Shown here piece by piece: positions 25,518 through 38,929 of a stretch of 64,000 nt of DNA. Position numbers and translations under genes: made by a program. The notes beneath the pieces were generated by a model. That model saw nothing but the letters and a program-made list of their open reading frames with translations, was not told the origin of the DNA and made no database searches. The DNA is from Nemertoderma westbladi (Eukaryota > Animalia > Xenacoelomorpha), in contig JAUCBJ010002996.1 of the NCBI GenBank assembly GCA_032718475.1, positions 1-64,000 on the forward strand. Direction: 5' to 3'. How positions within the stretch are numbered: position 1 is the first letter of the stretch; every line of letters starts with the position of its first letter.

Positions 25518-25695
25518 AGCAGCTTGATCTAGTGGTTACATTCCTGGGCTTCAATTCAGGAAGCCCTTGTTCGATCCCTAGATGGGGGCTGCACTATTTG
25601 GGCACTCTGCTTTAAATGCTGCATGCAGCGTAGCCCAACCCGAGCTTTCATCCTTGGATGGTCGGTAAATGGGAACCAAGGCAACTTGGGAAATA
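25518..25695 (+). mobile_element. tRNA-derived SINE (head plus conserved central domain)
   Basis: A-box-like TCTAGTGGTTA, B-box GTTCGATCCC, then CCAACCCGAGCTTTCATCCTTGGATGGTCGGTAAATGGGAACCA, resembling the CAGCCTTCCATCC...GGTCGGTAAATGAGTACC domain of widespread animal SINEs. Confidence 0.65.
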
Positions 25696-25696
25696 T

Positions 25697-26857
25697 AGTG
25701 GAAGGGTTTACTGTGAAAGATCACACATGGTGGTGAACAGGCATTCCTGTAGGAACCAGAGTGGAAGGGTTTACTGTGGGAGATCACCCGTAGTGGTGAA
25801 CAGACATTCCTTTAAGTAACAGAGAGGAAGGGTTTACTGTGGAAGATCACTCATGGTGGTGAACAGGCATTTCTTTAGGAAACAGAGTGGAATGGTTTAC
25901 TGTGGAAGATCACCCATGGTGGTGAACAGGCATTCCTTTAGGAAACAGAGTGGAAGGGTTTACTGTGGAAGATCACCCATGGTGGTGAACAGGTATTCCT
26001 TTAGAAAACAGAGTGGAATGGTTTAATGTGGAAGATCACCCATGGTGGTGAACAGGCATTCCTTTATGAAACAGAGTGGAAGGGTTTACTGTGGAAGATC
26101 ACCCATGGTGGTGAACAGGTATTCCTTTAGAAAACAGAGTGGAATGGTTTAATGTGGAAGATCACCCATGGTGGTGAACAGGTATTCCTTTAGAAAACAG
26201 AGTGGAATGGTTTAATGTGGAAGATCACCCATGGCGGTGAACAGGCATTCCTTTATGAAACAGAGTGGGAGGGTTTACTGTGGAAGATCACCCATGGTGA
26301 TGAACAGGCATTCATTTAGGAAACAGAGTGGAAGGGTTTACTGTGGAAGATCACCCATGGTGGTGAACAGGTATTCCTTTAGAAAACAGAGTGGAATGGT
26401 TTAATGTGGAAGATCACCCATGGTGGTGAACAGGCATTTCTTTAGGAAACAGAGTGGAATGGTTTACTGTGGAAGATCACCCATGGTGGTGAACAGGCAT
26501 TCCTTTAGGAAACAGAGTGGAAGGGTTTACTGTGGAAGATCACCCATGGTGGTGAACAGGTATTCCTTTAGAAAACAGAGTGGAATGGTTTAATGTGGAA
26601 GATCACCCATGGTGGTGAACAGGCATTCCTTTATGAAACAGAGTGGAAGGGTTTACTGTGGAAGATCACCCATGGTGGTGAACAGGCATTCCTGTAGGAA
26701 CCAGAGTGGAAGGGTTTAATGTGGAAGATCACCCATGGTGGTGAACAGGCATCCTTTAGGAAACCGAGTCGAAGGGTTTAATGTGGAAGATCGCCCATGG
26801 TGTTGAACGGGCATTCCTTTAGAAACGGAGTGGAAGGGTTTACTGCGGAAGATCACA
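25697..26857. repeat. 63-bp minisatellite (~18 copies)
   Basis: Unit AGAGTGGAAGGGTTTACTGTGGAAGATCACCCATGGTGGTGAACAGGCATTCCTTTAGGAAAC; a single dispersed monomer at ~31170-31222. Confidence 0.97.
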
Positions 26858-28537
26858 CTTTCATCTCCGATAATTATTAATAATTGCCTATTTGTGATAA
26901 CAACAACCGTAAATTAACCTAGTCTAACGACATTATTCTAGCGACATTATACAATACATTTTGAATAATAAATTGGAATGGATAGTGGGGTTCATTTAAA
27001 TCCGTCTAGACATAGACGGATAAATGAAGACAATAGTTTTAAGGAATTAAATAATAAAATACAAATTAAATATTTAATTTGAAGGATCATTACCTACTAC
27101 AGTACCTAATATACAGTAGACACGACACGCCAAGCTGCTGCAAAGCCACAAAATTTAGTGGGCCAGTTATTTCTCTTAGATAGAATCACTCAAACAATAG
27201 GTTTAACGCGTCGGTGAAAGTACTTGTTGGCCCTAACAAAATTTATGTCCTCTTTCAGATGAGGGAATATAAAAAATGTAACAGCTCTGCAGTAGTCCTC
27301 GAGATACGAAAAGTTCCCGGCACCCACGCCACATCAGCACCCGTCGGATTTGAAAAATCACTCAGAATGCACCACCCTTCAAAGACCCCGGTATAACCAT
27401 ACTATGCCTTTTCTGTTTGTTGAATTCCATTATTAAGAATCGAAAATGCTCTAGGAAAGATAAAATTAAAGGATTTAAATTCGTCAACTTAAAAAAATGA
27501 ATTATTGAGACGCTTCTATTCTATTTATTTTTAACTATTTGAATAATGTGAGTAGGCCCTAGGCCTACAGTGCAGTCATACAAGGTGACCTAGATGGTGA
27601 CCTGTTTAGTTATTATTTATATTTTAGAGTTTCTTACTACAGACTATGTAGTATGTAGTATTGCATTTACTGCATTTCTTAAGAATATTACGTATCTGAA
27701 ACTTATGACCACTGTTTCAAACTTTCAATAGCTTTCCAGATCGCTTCATAAACTGTGTCCCATCCAGCCGAGAATAAATCCATTTCCAGAGATGAAATCC
27801 CTAAGATGGACTTTATTTCGGATGACACTATCGCAGGAGACCAATGGCGATGCTGAGTTTGGATGTAGCCCAGACTGAGAATAAAATTCACTCAAGAAAG
27901 TTTAGAATTAATGTTGATGATACAGCACTATTAATTATGGTAAATAAATGGTTTCGAAACAGCAATCATACACCAACACCTTTCTGATTTGCTCTTTGGT
28001 GCGCAAGATCCATTTTACTATTATGATGAATATGTCAGGCAAGGCCATAAAGTGCTATAATCGATTTAATGTTGGCATGGCTCACTAATGAAGAGTTTCT
28101 GTCAATTATAAATGAGTATAGTTATAGTTCATACTAAATTAAAACGATGATTGTGTGGCCTGGCCTTAATATTCTTCATATTAGAGGCGCAGTAGTACTG
28201 GAAATCAATGGAATATGGAAATAAATTTTCGAAAAGATTAATGGATTATAACTGAATGCTGCTAAACTAATCCTGGGTGCTTTGTGATGCAACCATAGGG
28301 TAAAACGTAGTTGGTTATACAATATAAGGGGCAGGTGCACTTTATATACTTAATGTATTAACCATAATTCTCCCATAATTACTATCTGAAGCTCTAATAC
28401 CACTCGTTTAGTTTACTGTAAGCAATTATCTTCGAGTTGAAATAATTTTACAATAAAATATCAAATTATTTAGTTTAAATTTAACCAAAATAATTATTTA
28501 ATAAATTTACCTTTCATCAAATTTATTATTAATTGGT

Positions 28538-28640
28538 GTTATGAGCGTCAGACTTCCAACCCAGGAGGTCACCAGTTCGATCCCACGTGGATGTCAGTGC
28601 CGACTTTGCAAAACCTGCGCCCAACAAAATGTTATAACAA
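28538..28640 (+). mobile_element. tRNA-derived SINE fragment (same family as 33302)
   Basis: GAGCGTCAGACTTCCAACC...CCAGTTCGATCCCAC...GCCCAACAAAA shared with 33320-33415. Confidence 0.7.
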
Positions 28641-30548
28641 ATTTTTAACCTACAATTCTGGAATAAAGATTTGACTTTTTCCTTACAAATAGAAGTGAAA
28701 TAAAGACAAGTTACTTTCCTAAAATGAAGCCTTTTTAATTCCAAATGAGACAAGAGGGGGGGGGGGGGGGGGGGGGGTAGGGGGTGGGACTAGACCCAAA
28801 TCCCATCTCTCAAAAAAGTGGCCAAAGTAGGGTTAAAAAATAGTGCTACAACTTGAAAACTTCCAAATATTTTTAAAACCCTTTTCATTATTAGGAAGAC
28901 AATAGATTTTTAGGAAAAGACGTAAAATTTCCGATTCCCAACTGCGTTCGTTTCAGAGTTACTGTATAACAAATAAACCACGGGGGTCATATTGACCTCC
29001 CACCCGCCCCCCCCCCCCCCCCCCCGGGTTTCATAGGGTTAATTCTTACCAATATCCATAGCGATGAAAGTGGTAACGTTTACAAGTACTACTGTACCTG
29101 TAAGAGTTGTGAGAATAAATCTGTGGTGGCTCCGGTGCTAGATATGGTTTACATCGTGAAAAAACGGTGTGGAAAGGCAAAATCGTGCGGAATAAAATAC
29201 ACAGTATTATTTCGCAACTTTTAAAATTTAACTCTGTAGAGGCCTACTCATTTGCCGCTAGTTGAGGCCAGTTTTACAAAATGACAACGAGTACGAATAA
29301 TATTGAAGGATAATTGATACCTAAGTGATTATTGAAATGGTTTAATGTTTCGCTTAGCGTTAAGATCGTTAGCTTTTTAATGTGAATTTAGAACACATCA
29401 TTTCGGAAAACTTCAAAGTTTTTTTTAATGATAACTATATGCCACTCCCACTATGTTATACTGTCAGTAGATGCTGCTTTTAGATAGTGTGTTAGGGTAG
29501 GGTCTTACGGTAAATAACGCGGTACAGACATTCACAATCAAACTCAAAATAGCAGTATTCGAGATTTGGGTTTGGAGATTTGGGGTACTTGAAGACGCGA
29601 TGTTAGGTACAGTACCAATGTACCGTCCAATGTCCGTTTATAAATAATATATTTTTATTTCATTTTTTATTTACTTAATAAAGTAAGATTTTTTGACCTA
29701 TTAAAGTGAAACTAATTTTTACCCATGTAACTTTTTATTAAAGTTGATAATATGGTCGTTCACTGTTTATTTATTTACGCCTTAAATTTCGAAGTACGGA
29801 GGCGACAACCAACAATAAGTGTTTAATAAATACAACGGAGGGGCGGGGCAATCACATAGAATATAGTTGCATTATTATTATAATTCTTTAATTGTTATTG
29901 TATAATATTATTCGGGTTGAAACTACTTAACCTTTTAATATAATATAACGGTGCCAAGTTATTAGCTTTCTCATATCGCCACCTGTCATCCATTATTGTA
30001 CTTCAGTTCAAGTATAATTAATTTAAATTTAAATTTGTCTGAATAGAGAGGCCAGAAAAGTAGATAAAAAGTGAGTTAAACGTAACTTGGCGCAAAATGA
30101 ATGCAAACACCAACTATATGCTTAGTGGGTTTAAAAAATTAATTTAATGTTATTTGAAACTTTAACTTTAACTTTTACTCTAAGAGACCAGATTGCAGTT
30201 ATTTAACCAAAACAATAAACAAAACTTACTTTACTTTAACTTAATTTCTTATTCGACCATATTCGCAGTTGAGATCAATTTTTCACTTGCAGTCACTGGG
30301 CGCCACTATATAATATAACCATTTAGTCTTTATTTCAAATAAGAATTACAAGGATTTACACGTGACCACTATTAAACTAACTTTAAACAAAAACAATTGA
30401 TTAATATAATTACACCTTTCTTTCTAATTATTGGCTTAGTATGTGGTGACTATTTATTTAAGAATGGTAATATATAGTTTATCTTTGAAACATACCACAA
30501 TCTAATGTAATATAGGCATATATAAGAGGGAGCTCAACATCAACTTAC

Positions 30549-30712
30549 ATACTTACCTGGCACAGGGGTTAACCACGATCAAGAATGCGGTTCCCCCAGG
30601 GTGAGGCCCTTGCATTGCACTCCGCTTGGGTTGACCCCTGCGATTTTCTCAAATCGAGGAAACTCGGGTGCTAAATTTGTGTTAGCTGGAGCTTGCGTTC
30701 GCGCAGGCTCCT
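30549..30712 (+). ncRNA. U1: U1 snRNA, canonical
   Basis: 5' ATACTTACCTGG, loop I GATCAAGAAT, U1A loop ATTGCAC, stem III, Sm site AATTTGTG, stem IV with TTCG loop; 164 nt. Confidence 0.97.
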
Positions 30713-33301
30713 TACAATAAATAAACAAGAAATAACGAACCTGTGTGATTTTCTCTGTACTCTCTTTCTTGTCGTGTCGTACTTTATTGTGGTATAAAAC
30801 CCGCAGCGAACATATTTTGTGGCCATGTATTGCCACAGGGACTACGTAACATTGCAAGGTGAAGTGTTATTAGAGTTTAATTTCATTCTATTTTATAGTG
30901 CTTGTTTAAGTGTTTATCTGAACTTCCTTTTCCGTCTGCTGTATAATTTTATGGTATTTCCGTTGTAAAGTCAGGAAGTAATGTTGTAAAGTCTGGAAGT
31001 AATGTTGTAAAGTCTGGAAGTAATGTATCTAAATAAGTGAAACTACCTACTAACTAACTACACTACACAATATAACGATTTAACTTTTACCTATAATGTA
31101 TAGGCCTAATAATTAATAATATTCGTCATGTTCTAGTTTATTCCAGAATAATCTTTGGTTGTCTTTGTTAGAGTGGAAGGGTTTACTGTGGAAGATCACA
31201 CATGGTGAACAGGTATTCCTTGGCTTAATCTGCTTTGGTTGTAGTCAGGCAATGGAAAATTTCTGATGCTTTTTTCTAACAATTTATTTTTATTTCAATT
31301 ATATTTAGTGTTTGTGAAATTGTAATAATTGTTCTCCAGGAAAGTTATCATACGTAGTATCCCTATTATTTACTCCAGCATACCTGCATGCCTATTAGAA
31401 TGATGAGGATTTTTTAGCTGATATATGCTGTGATTTGTTGTACCTAACCACCCCCCCCCCCCCCCCCCCCCCCCCATTCCCCATTCTTCGATTTTAACAA
31501 TTAATAATGTTAAACATTCGAGTTATTCACATTTAGATCTACAGTAAGTAATGCATTTTCATTTGGCAATCGGGTATATAAAGTTCATTGATACATTGTC
31601 GCAGTTACATTCAGCTACTTGGCAACGGCACCCATCTTTGATACATTGTTTCAAGTATAATATAGAAAAATTAGCCCTGGGATATATATAATTAGCATTA
31701 GTCTTTTTGTATGATTTACCGGTATGCTTTTAATGTCCAATATAGCTTATTAAATAGGCAACATTGTGAAAGGTCGTCATGACATTATAATTCAATATTC
31801 ACTCTTCAACAATTTGTCATTAGATATTAATTAAAGTTCCCCGACTCCTTTCCCAAACTCACTACTGTATTTAGCAGTTTTAATTTTTTTAATTTTTAAC
31901 CTAAAACATCGTATTTTTTAATCGATTAATTATAATTTAAATCTTGCAAGTTTTTCCAAAATTACTGGCTATTTTATTGCTTGGCAGTAATATTTTTTGT
32001 TTCTAAAATAAATCTTAATGAAAATAATTAAATGTAATAATTCATATATATGTATATATATATAATATGAATAAATATATTAATTAAATTTTGTAACTAT
32101 TGTACTAACTGGTATTTACTACTACCAAGCAAGGTTAGCTTGAGCTTTTTAACATCTTGGAATTTATTTTTGTAGCCCCTTGACAAAACTACTATGAAAG
32201 AGGCCATCAATGTTCTTTCCTCAAAATCCACGCAAATAATGCCTGACGACTAGCAATAATAATAATGTTACCTGTTCTATTCACTTTCGTTTATTGTTTT
32301 ACTTAGAATAAAGTGCCACTGTAACCTACTCCTTTAACTTGATTAATAATTTAACATTTAGACGAGATAATAATTCGTCGAGCTCGAGATGGAATTTGCG
32401 TTAATTAAGTCTTGTCTCCAAAAGTTTAACATAAACGTTGGCTGTTTGCACAATTAGGTCACCAAAATTGCTTTTGGTTGGGAGCTGCAGGCCTATGTAC
32501 AGGTTCAATAACGTCTGCCTTGGGATTTACAGAAGCGTCATCCCTGCCTTATAGTTAACAACCAAGAGAGATGAGCCTTAGGGTTAATAACTCCGGTGTT
32601 CCACAGCTTTAGAGCAGAAGTTTTAGGTGGTAGTTGTAGGAAAGAGGGACCCTAAAACAGAATGCAATTATTGTTGTTATGGTGATTTATCTCAGTTAGC
32701 TCACTCAGTCAAGCGCCAGGGTTTAGATGTGAAAGTAGGATCTTCGATCCCAGATGAGGTCTTTTTAGTTAATCTTAAGTTTCGATTTAAAGTTTAGGCA
32801 GTTTTATTTATCTATACTGTAAACCCAAGCTTTTATAATATTTATAAATATTTTGAGCGAAATATAAATTATAGATGCATTCCATATATTATTTGGTAGA
32901 AGAAGAAATTCCTTTTTTCTGACAATTCCAAAAAGTTGTTCCAGCTGGTGGAAATTTAAGACATTTTTTGGTTTTCTTCATATATTGGCTCAAAATAACT
33001 TCGTTAATGCAATGGTAACAGAACATACAGAACATACAGAACATACCAACAGGTATTTTTTACATGCGTGGCTTAAATTGTGTAATGGAATTACTTGGCA
33101 AGAAGGGAAGTAGAAAGAGTGGGATTACATTGTGTATGTGGTCATTTCTGTACCAAAGAATCTTATATACGCATACGGCTATCAAGTAAGGTAGGGTTGA
33201 GCACAGTGGCACCAGATTATGGTATTGACAGATATAGGAGGCCATGAGGAGGTAAATTGAGGACCTACATCAGGTAGTATTTCCAGGTCTACCCTTTACC
33301 T

Positions 33302-33420
33302 GAGCCGCTAGCTGAATGGTTAGAGCGTCAGACTTCCAACCCGGACGTCACCAGTTCGATCCCACCTGGGCGTCATTGCCGACTTCCAAAACTGTGCCCA
33401 ACAAAAGGTTATAACAGAAC
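33302..33420 (+). mobile_element. tRNA(Gly-TCC-like)-derived SINE
   Basis: A box TAGCTGAATGGTTAGAGC, TTCCAA loop, B box GTTCGATCCC; acceptor stem not paired; non-tRNA tail shared with the 28538 copy. Confidence 0.7.
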
Positions 33421-33813
33421 CTTATGGTAAATAACCTTGTGGTAAATAGTCGAAGGTTACACATATGTCAATTATATAAACAATAGAACTGTAGATAATG
33501 TGTCTGTCATCTTATATCAAACATAGAGGATAAATAAATTCATTAAATATATATTAATTATATACTGCCATTTACTTTATTATATACTCTACGGACAATA
33601 GGATTACATCTATACGCTATACATAATAAGTCAAGCATATGATAGAGTATGGATAAGAAATCGAATTACAAGATTATTACGATAACTAATAATGGAGTCG
33701 AACGGATTTCTTAGAGCCAATACACGTCGATCAAAGTGAAGTGTGAAATTCGCTAGCAGATTCCCGTAATACATTTGGTGCCAAAAGCGCCCGTGATACG
33801 TACTAATTAATAA

Positions 33814-35730
33814 ATGAATTCCTCGTCTAGCCCACCCACAACTCTGCCCCGATTGGCTAAGTCCAGCAGGAGGGCGAGTTCACTAAAGTATAATACAGCC
33901 CAGAGAGTGACGACGGGTCCAAATCTGCGTAAATTATTAGCTGGTCGCAGATATTCCCAGAGTCTAACTATTCCGGTAGTTATATCCAAATCAGAAAGCG
34001 ATTTACGGAATACATCGAACAGTTCTTCATCAACCACGATCGCCGTACCTGATGATTCGGAATCTCTCGATGGGATCAACAGTCAGCCCCTCCCGCTCAA
34101 CCAGGACTTCAGACACAGACGAGGAAACTCTGTAAGCAATCCGCTACGCAGTGCCCGAGCAGACCTCGTTAGAGGCAGCACAGAGTTTTTCCAAGTCCGC
34201 ACAGAACTTCAGTCATCGAGTTTACAACTGCCGAATCCAGCGAGACAAACGAAGCCACGCAACATATCTCCAGAACAGAAAGAAAAACCTGTCGAAACAA
34301 CTGCAGAAGTGGTACAGGATAATTCGGTTCAACTGCCGATAGAAAGGCAAGGAATATACAAAGATAAATACGTCGAAGAACAAATAGAATTGTTGAGACG
34401 GAAATATTCTCACACTAGTGGTCCCAGGTTGTTCCAGGAAAGGACAATAATTGGATGTGTGTCTAATGAACCATATTCAACTCGGGGTTTTATTAATCAA
34501 GAAGAGTTACAAACACCGAAACCAAAAGTGGAACACCGTAAAGTAAAACCTACCAAGGAAAATATTCACAAGGTTAAAAGATCGCCGTCTAATCCCGAGC
34601 ATATTACTAATCCGTCTAAAGTTTTCTTACCTCACAGACTCGCAAATGACACTAAACCCGTACAATCAAAATTAAAAGACTCAGAGGTTCAACCAGAAGT
34701 TATTATTACCTTGGTGGACTCCTCAAATTGTGACGGAAAAATGAGAAAAGGTTCTGCCATAGAAGATTCTAATTTAAATATTCCGAGGTACAAACCCACT
34801 GAATCCACGGGTGCTACATCAAGCACGACAGACACATTGTCGCCGAATAGTCAAAGGAAGATCGTGCGATTCGATGTAGAGCCGAGAAAATCACAACCGC
34901 CAGGTGGTAAAGGTACGAGTCTACCTCCTTTACGGTTGGGGGGAGAACGACCGGCTAGCGACAACGATGTCCCTCTAGATATCTCAGCGAATTTGCGATT
35001 AGAAGGAATAAAAGAGCTTCAGCAGTTACTAAACGAAGCAAAGGATTTGGCGAGAGACACAGAAAGTGATCTGCGTGAGTTTCGCAGTAAAAAGACATCA
35101 AAACAAGTTGAGAAACGCAATTATTCGAAGATTAATAGAGGAAAGACTGTAAATATAACTTTAAATAAAAATATAAAACATAATGTAACTGAGAGCAAGT
35201 CTACAAAATATTATCCCGAACTAAATCATACCGTGGGCAATAGTGAAGGACGCGAATGCAATACTGAGTTGCGCGAAAACAATCCAAAACTAAGCGAATC
35301 TACTGGGAATAAAGTCATAGAAAACACCAAAGGAATGGCAGACGACGCAGAACACAAAATCCTTGACGTGGCTGAGTCGCCCAGCAGTCCAATAAACGAT
35401 CAACTCGAAACTTCAACGATTTCATTGAAAAATGATATTAATCCTCCAATAATCGCAAATCACATAAAGCAAATATCAGTGCGGGAAAAAGTCTACCACT
35501 TTAGGCGCGATAGTGGTGAAGGGTATAGCGCGATGCCGCCCTCGGATGGCACAGCTGTGCCGGATATGGGCCACCACCATATCGCATTATTGGCAAATTT
35601 TAACTTACAACCAGATGTGGATGAGGACAACTGCCTCACTGATGTGCAAATGGAACGAATTACTGAGTGGCTAGCTGGCGTAGATAAAGCTGAAGACGGG
35701 ATACCCGCATGTGTCGTAGAACCAAAGTAA
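33814..35730 (+). CDS. Uncharacterised 638-aa, largely low-complexity/disordered protein
   Basis: Long ATG-initiated ORF in AT-rich DNA with higher GC; S/P/K/N-rich; short coiled coil (LEGIKELQQLLNEAKDLARDTE) and C-terminal MERITEWLAGV motif. Confidence 0.75.
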   Translation: MNSSSSPPTTLPRLAKSSRRASSLKYNTAQRVTTGPNLRKLLAGRRYSQSLTIPVVISKSESDLRNTSNSSSSTTIAVPDDSESLDGINSQPLPLNQDFRHRRGNSVSNPLRSARADLVRGSTEFFQVRTELQSSSLQLPNPARQTKPRNISPEQKEKPVETTAEVVQDNSVQLPIERQGIYKDKYVEEQIELLRRKYSHTSGPRLFQERTIIGCVSNEPYSTRGFINQEELQTPKPKVEHRKVKPTKENIHKVKRSPSNPEHITNPSKVFLPHRLANDTKPVQSKLKDSEVQPEVIITLVDSSNCDGKMRKGSAIEDSNLNIPRYKPTESTGATSSTTDTLSPNSQRKIVRFDVEPRKSQPPGGKGTSLPPLRLGGERPASDNDVPLDISANLRLEGIKELQQLLNEAKDLARDTESDLREFRSKKTSKQVEKRNYSKINRGKTVNITLNKNIKHNVTESKSTKYYPELNHTVGNSEGRECNTELRENNPKLSESTGNKVIENTKGMADDAEHKILDVAESPSSPINDQLETSTISLKNDINPPIIANHIKQISVREKVYHFRRDSGEGYSAMPPSDGTAVPDMGHHHIALLANFNLQPDVDEDNCLTDVQMERITEWLAGVDKAEDGIPACVVEPK

Positions 35731-35801
35731 ATTTTTATTAAATTAATTAATTAATTGTATTGTATGTACAGTATAAAGTTGATGAAGCATGAAGAGTTAT
35801 A

Positions 35802-36281
35802 CAGTATGTATTTTTAACTAAATTTTATGCATTATGAAAACTAATAGTTTCTTATCCTAAATTAATAAATGCTAATTTGTTATATCCTAAATTAATAAAT
35901 GCTAATATGTCATATCCTAAATTAATAAATGCTAATATGTCATATCCTAAATTATTAAATGCTAATTTGTCATATCCTAAATTAATAAATGCTATTTGTT
36001 ATAACCTAAATTAATACATACTAATATGTCATATCCTAAATTAATAAATGCTACTATTTTATTATATAGTTATTGTAACCTCCCCCTCCCCTAACACTAA
36101 CACAAAAAATAGGGGAGGGGGAGGTTATTAATTTAGGATATGACAAATTAGCATTTAATAATTTAGGATATGACATATTAGCATTTATTAATTTAGGATA
36201 TAACAAATTAGCATTTATTAATTTAGGATAAGAAACTATTAGTTTTCATAATGCATAAAATTTAGTTAAAAATACATACTG
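35802..36281. mobile_element. Foldback/MITE with long TIRs containing 30-bp subrepeats, TA TSD
   Basis: TA|CAGTATGTATTTTTAAC...GTTAAAAATACATACTG|TA; internal ATCCTAAATTAATAAATGCTAATATGTCAT repeats in both orientations; central CCTCCCCCTCCCCT/AGGGGAGGGGGAGG hairpin. Confidence 0.8.
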
Positions 36282-38733
36282 TATAATTAATTAATTTACA
36301 TTAACTTTATATTATTTTATCACCATGACCCGGGATCTAGTGTCTTTATTCAGGTACCTGCTCCCCCCTCAATTTTTTCTTCAAATCTTAAGGAGATTTC
36401 ATGGAATTTGAATCAGAGATTGTTTCACCTCCCTCCTCCTTAGTGGATGAGTCAGAATTTTTATATTTACTTTCATTCTTTAGCTACAAGCGTGTAAAAA
36501 AAGTGTCTCCGTCGAAATTGTACCAGTTCTACCATAGTTTTTCTCCAATCTAAAAATGAATCGTTGACCCCCAATGGAAATCTGGCCAGGATTTCAAATT
36601 TATAAAATTTGAATTAAGTTGGGAAATGTGCAAACCTTTTCTACGTCGATGCTCTTTCCATATATGTAATAAAATTTCAGAAATTCCACCAAAATATAAA
36701 AAGTAAAATCAATGCAATCCTATGGGTTACTTTTTTACCGTAGCCGGGAAAAAAAAGTGAAACTTTTTTTCCCGGTTTTGGGGTATATTCGAGCGAAAAA
36801 GTAACAATTTAATAATAAAATACTTTTTACCCTCTTTTTTTAGTACGTGGATATTCATTCATAAAAAAGTGTTCTAGAACATGGTGGATAATATTAAATA
36901 GAATAAGTGGCCTGTATCGTAAGCTAATACATGCAACATTCGATTGCAAATAAGCTATTTCCCAACCAAATTCATATATTTTTATATATTTGGATTCCTT
37001 GTATTGCCAGCTTTCTATTGGTACCAACTACATCACTGCAATCAAGTTGAAGAATAAATGCATTACACAACTGGTGAAATATCGGTTGTACCTAAAAAAA
37101 TTTTTTAAACAAAAATACAAATTCCGGCGCATGGTAGTACTGAATTCTGAACTTTATTCCGAGGGCATGCATGGTGTATTGTGGTGAAAGGCAAAGTATG
37201 GTTTGTTGGCGAGAAATTAATTAATTGTCTAGAAACATTTGAATTAGGGAAACCACACAGCTCCTAATCGAGTGGCGTGGAATATTTTTTGTTTAAAATG
37301 CAGATGAATTACGATTTTTGAACGATTTTTGTTTTAAACTGAACGCGGGAAGCAAATTAAAAATCTTCTTCGTTGACTTTTAATAATAATAAACACAATA
37401 AAGTGCTTGCTGGGTATTGAACATTGAAGTTACTGATGTAAATGATGTAATTATTTTCGATGCATTCAATGTAGCATTATTTACTTCACTCATATACTGT
37501 ATTTCAAACGTGTTCTATTTCATGCTAATTATGAAATTACAGAAACAAATATGAGCAGATTTTTCCTGCTCAATTTTACTGTCTTATCGCAGACTTGCAG
37601 CTCCCAACCAACATACTAGCAGGGATCGTACGGTAGTTACTTTTTGCTGTAGCGGTAGCGGTAGGTCTATGGCTTTCCGGTAGCGGTATATACCGCGGTA
37701 GCAAACATTGTAGCTGGTATTAATGAAGTTAGAGGCTCACTTTTCTGACGATTTTTTAAAAGTGTGGGGTTTATTTATAGTACTGTAAATTGATTTCTTG
37801 AATTAATAAATATTCATTTATTTTGTTTTATGTTCACAGAAAAAACTTACGAACCAATTTTTCATATATGATATGTAACTGAACTGCTGTAATCATGGCT
37901 GAACGTTTTATCTTTCATATTTCAGTATATGGGTGGATTTTGAAGTATAAATAAAGGATAAAATATGATATGAATGTAATTTTAAGAAAATGCGATATGA
38001 TAGGAAAAAGTTTTGTATTTTTTTCGAATCATATTTATATCTAATACTGCATACAGTACTGCATACTAGCTATACGTCTTGTACTGTACATACCGGTATT
38101 ATATATTATGTGGTAGACGCAATGTAATAGCAGTAATGTATGTACTGTACTGTAGTAATGTTAAATGTTAGAAGCAGCTTTATTTTGTGATGTTAAATAT
38201 TCTAAAGCCAATAGCGGTGGATTTTCAAAACTAACTTCCCGCGCGTAATGCCATGATTGTATTCGACTGTCTCTATCCAAATAATTTTCGCGCACCAACC
38301 AACCATATTAGGCCAAACTAAATCTCATTGTACAGCAATAGTAATAATCAATAGGATTATATTATTTAATTTATAATTATAATACTTAAAATTATTATCT
38401 ACAATATGAATATTATTCTCAAAATGGACAATGATTATCAAATATTTGAATTATTATACAAATATGTGTTTATTTCGTTTAAAATGTGGAATTAATTTCG
38501 CTCTACAATTCGAGCAGTGCAACATTGTCTCAAACTTTGAGTCAATGGCGCAATATGTCAGAATCTTGAATATTTCAAAATTTGAAGAGCCACGCCCTAA
38601 TTTTTGTGCTCCAAAAATGACGTACCTCTACGCTTACATACTTGTATTGAGCAGTAGAGTACTCCGTATCAATCTGAATTAATAAAAAAACGGCGGGCCT
38701 AGCTACTGTATGTAAATAATTGTTTAACGTGTA

Positions 38734-38929
38734 AGGCCGCGTTCATACTACCGAGTCAAAGTCAAAAGACAAAATGTAAATCACAAAACATTAATTTGAT
38801 TTTTTCTAGAATCCCCTTATGTATTATATTAGGCCTATATAATGTATTATTATTTATTATTGCTAGCTAGCTATATTTACTGTATTTTATTTTGACTTTG
38901 ACTTTGACTCGGTAGTGTGAACGCGGCCT
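38734..38929. mobile_element. MITE
   Basis: TIR AGGCCGCGTTCATACTACCGAGTCAAAGTCAAA / TTTGACTTTGACTCGGTAGTGTGAACGCGGCCT flanked by TA. Confidence 0.85.

Noticed and set aside
20742-26857. Regular arrays as possible CRISPR
   Set aside because: Head-to-tail units with no unique spacers, no cas genes, eukaryotic context.
25697-26857. 63-bp repeat as a coding repeat
   Set aside because: Stops recur in the frames checked and the ORF track shows no ORF across the array.
27703-27891. Possible transposase-like exon on the minus strand
   Set aside because: Short, no recognisable motif, no supporting neighbouring exons.
33302-33375. Functional tRNA-Gly gene
   Set aside because: Acceptor stem does not pair and a non-tRNA tail is shared with a second copy, so a SINE is more likely.
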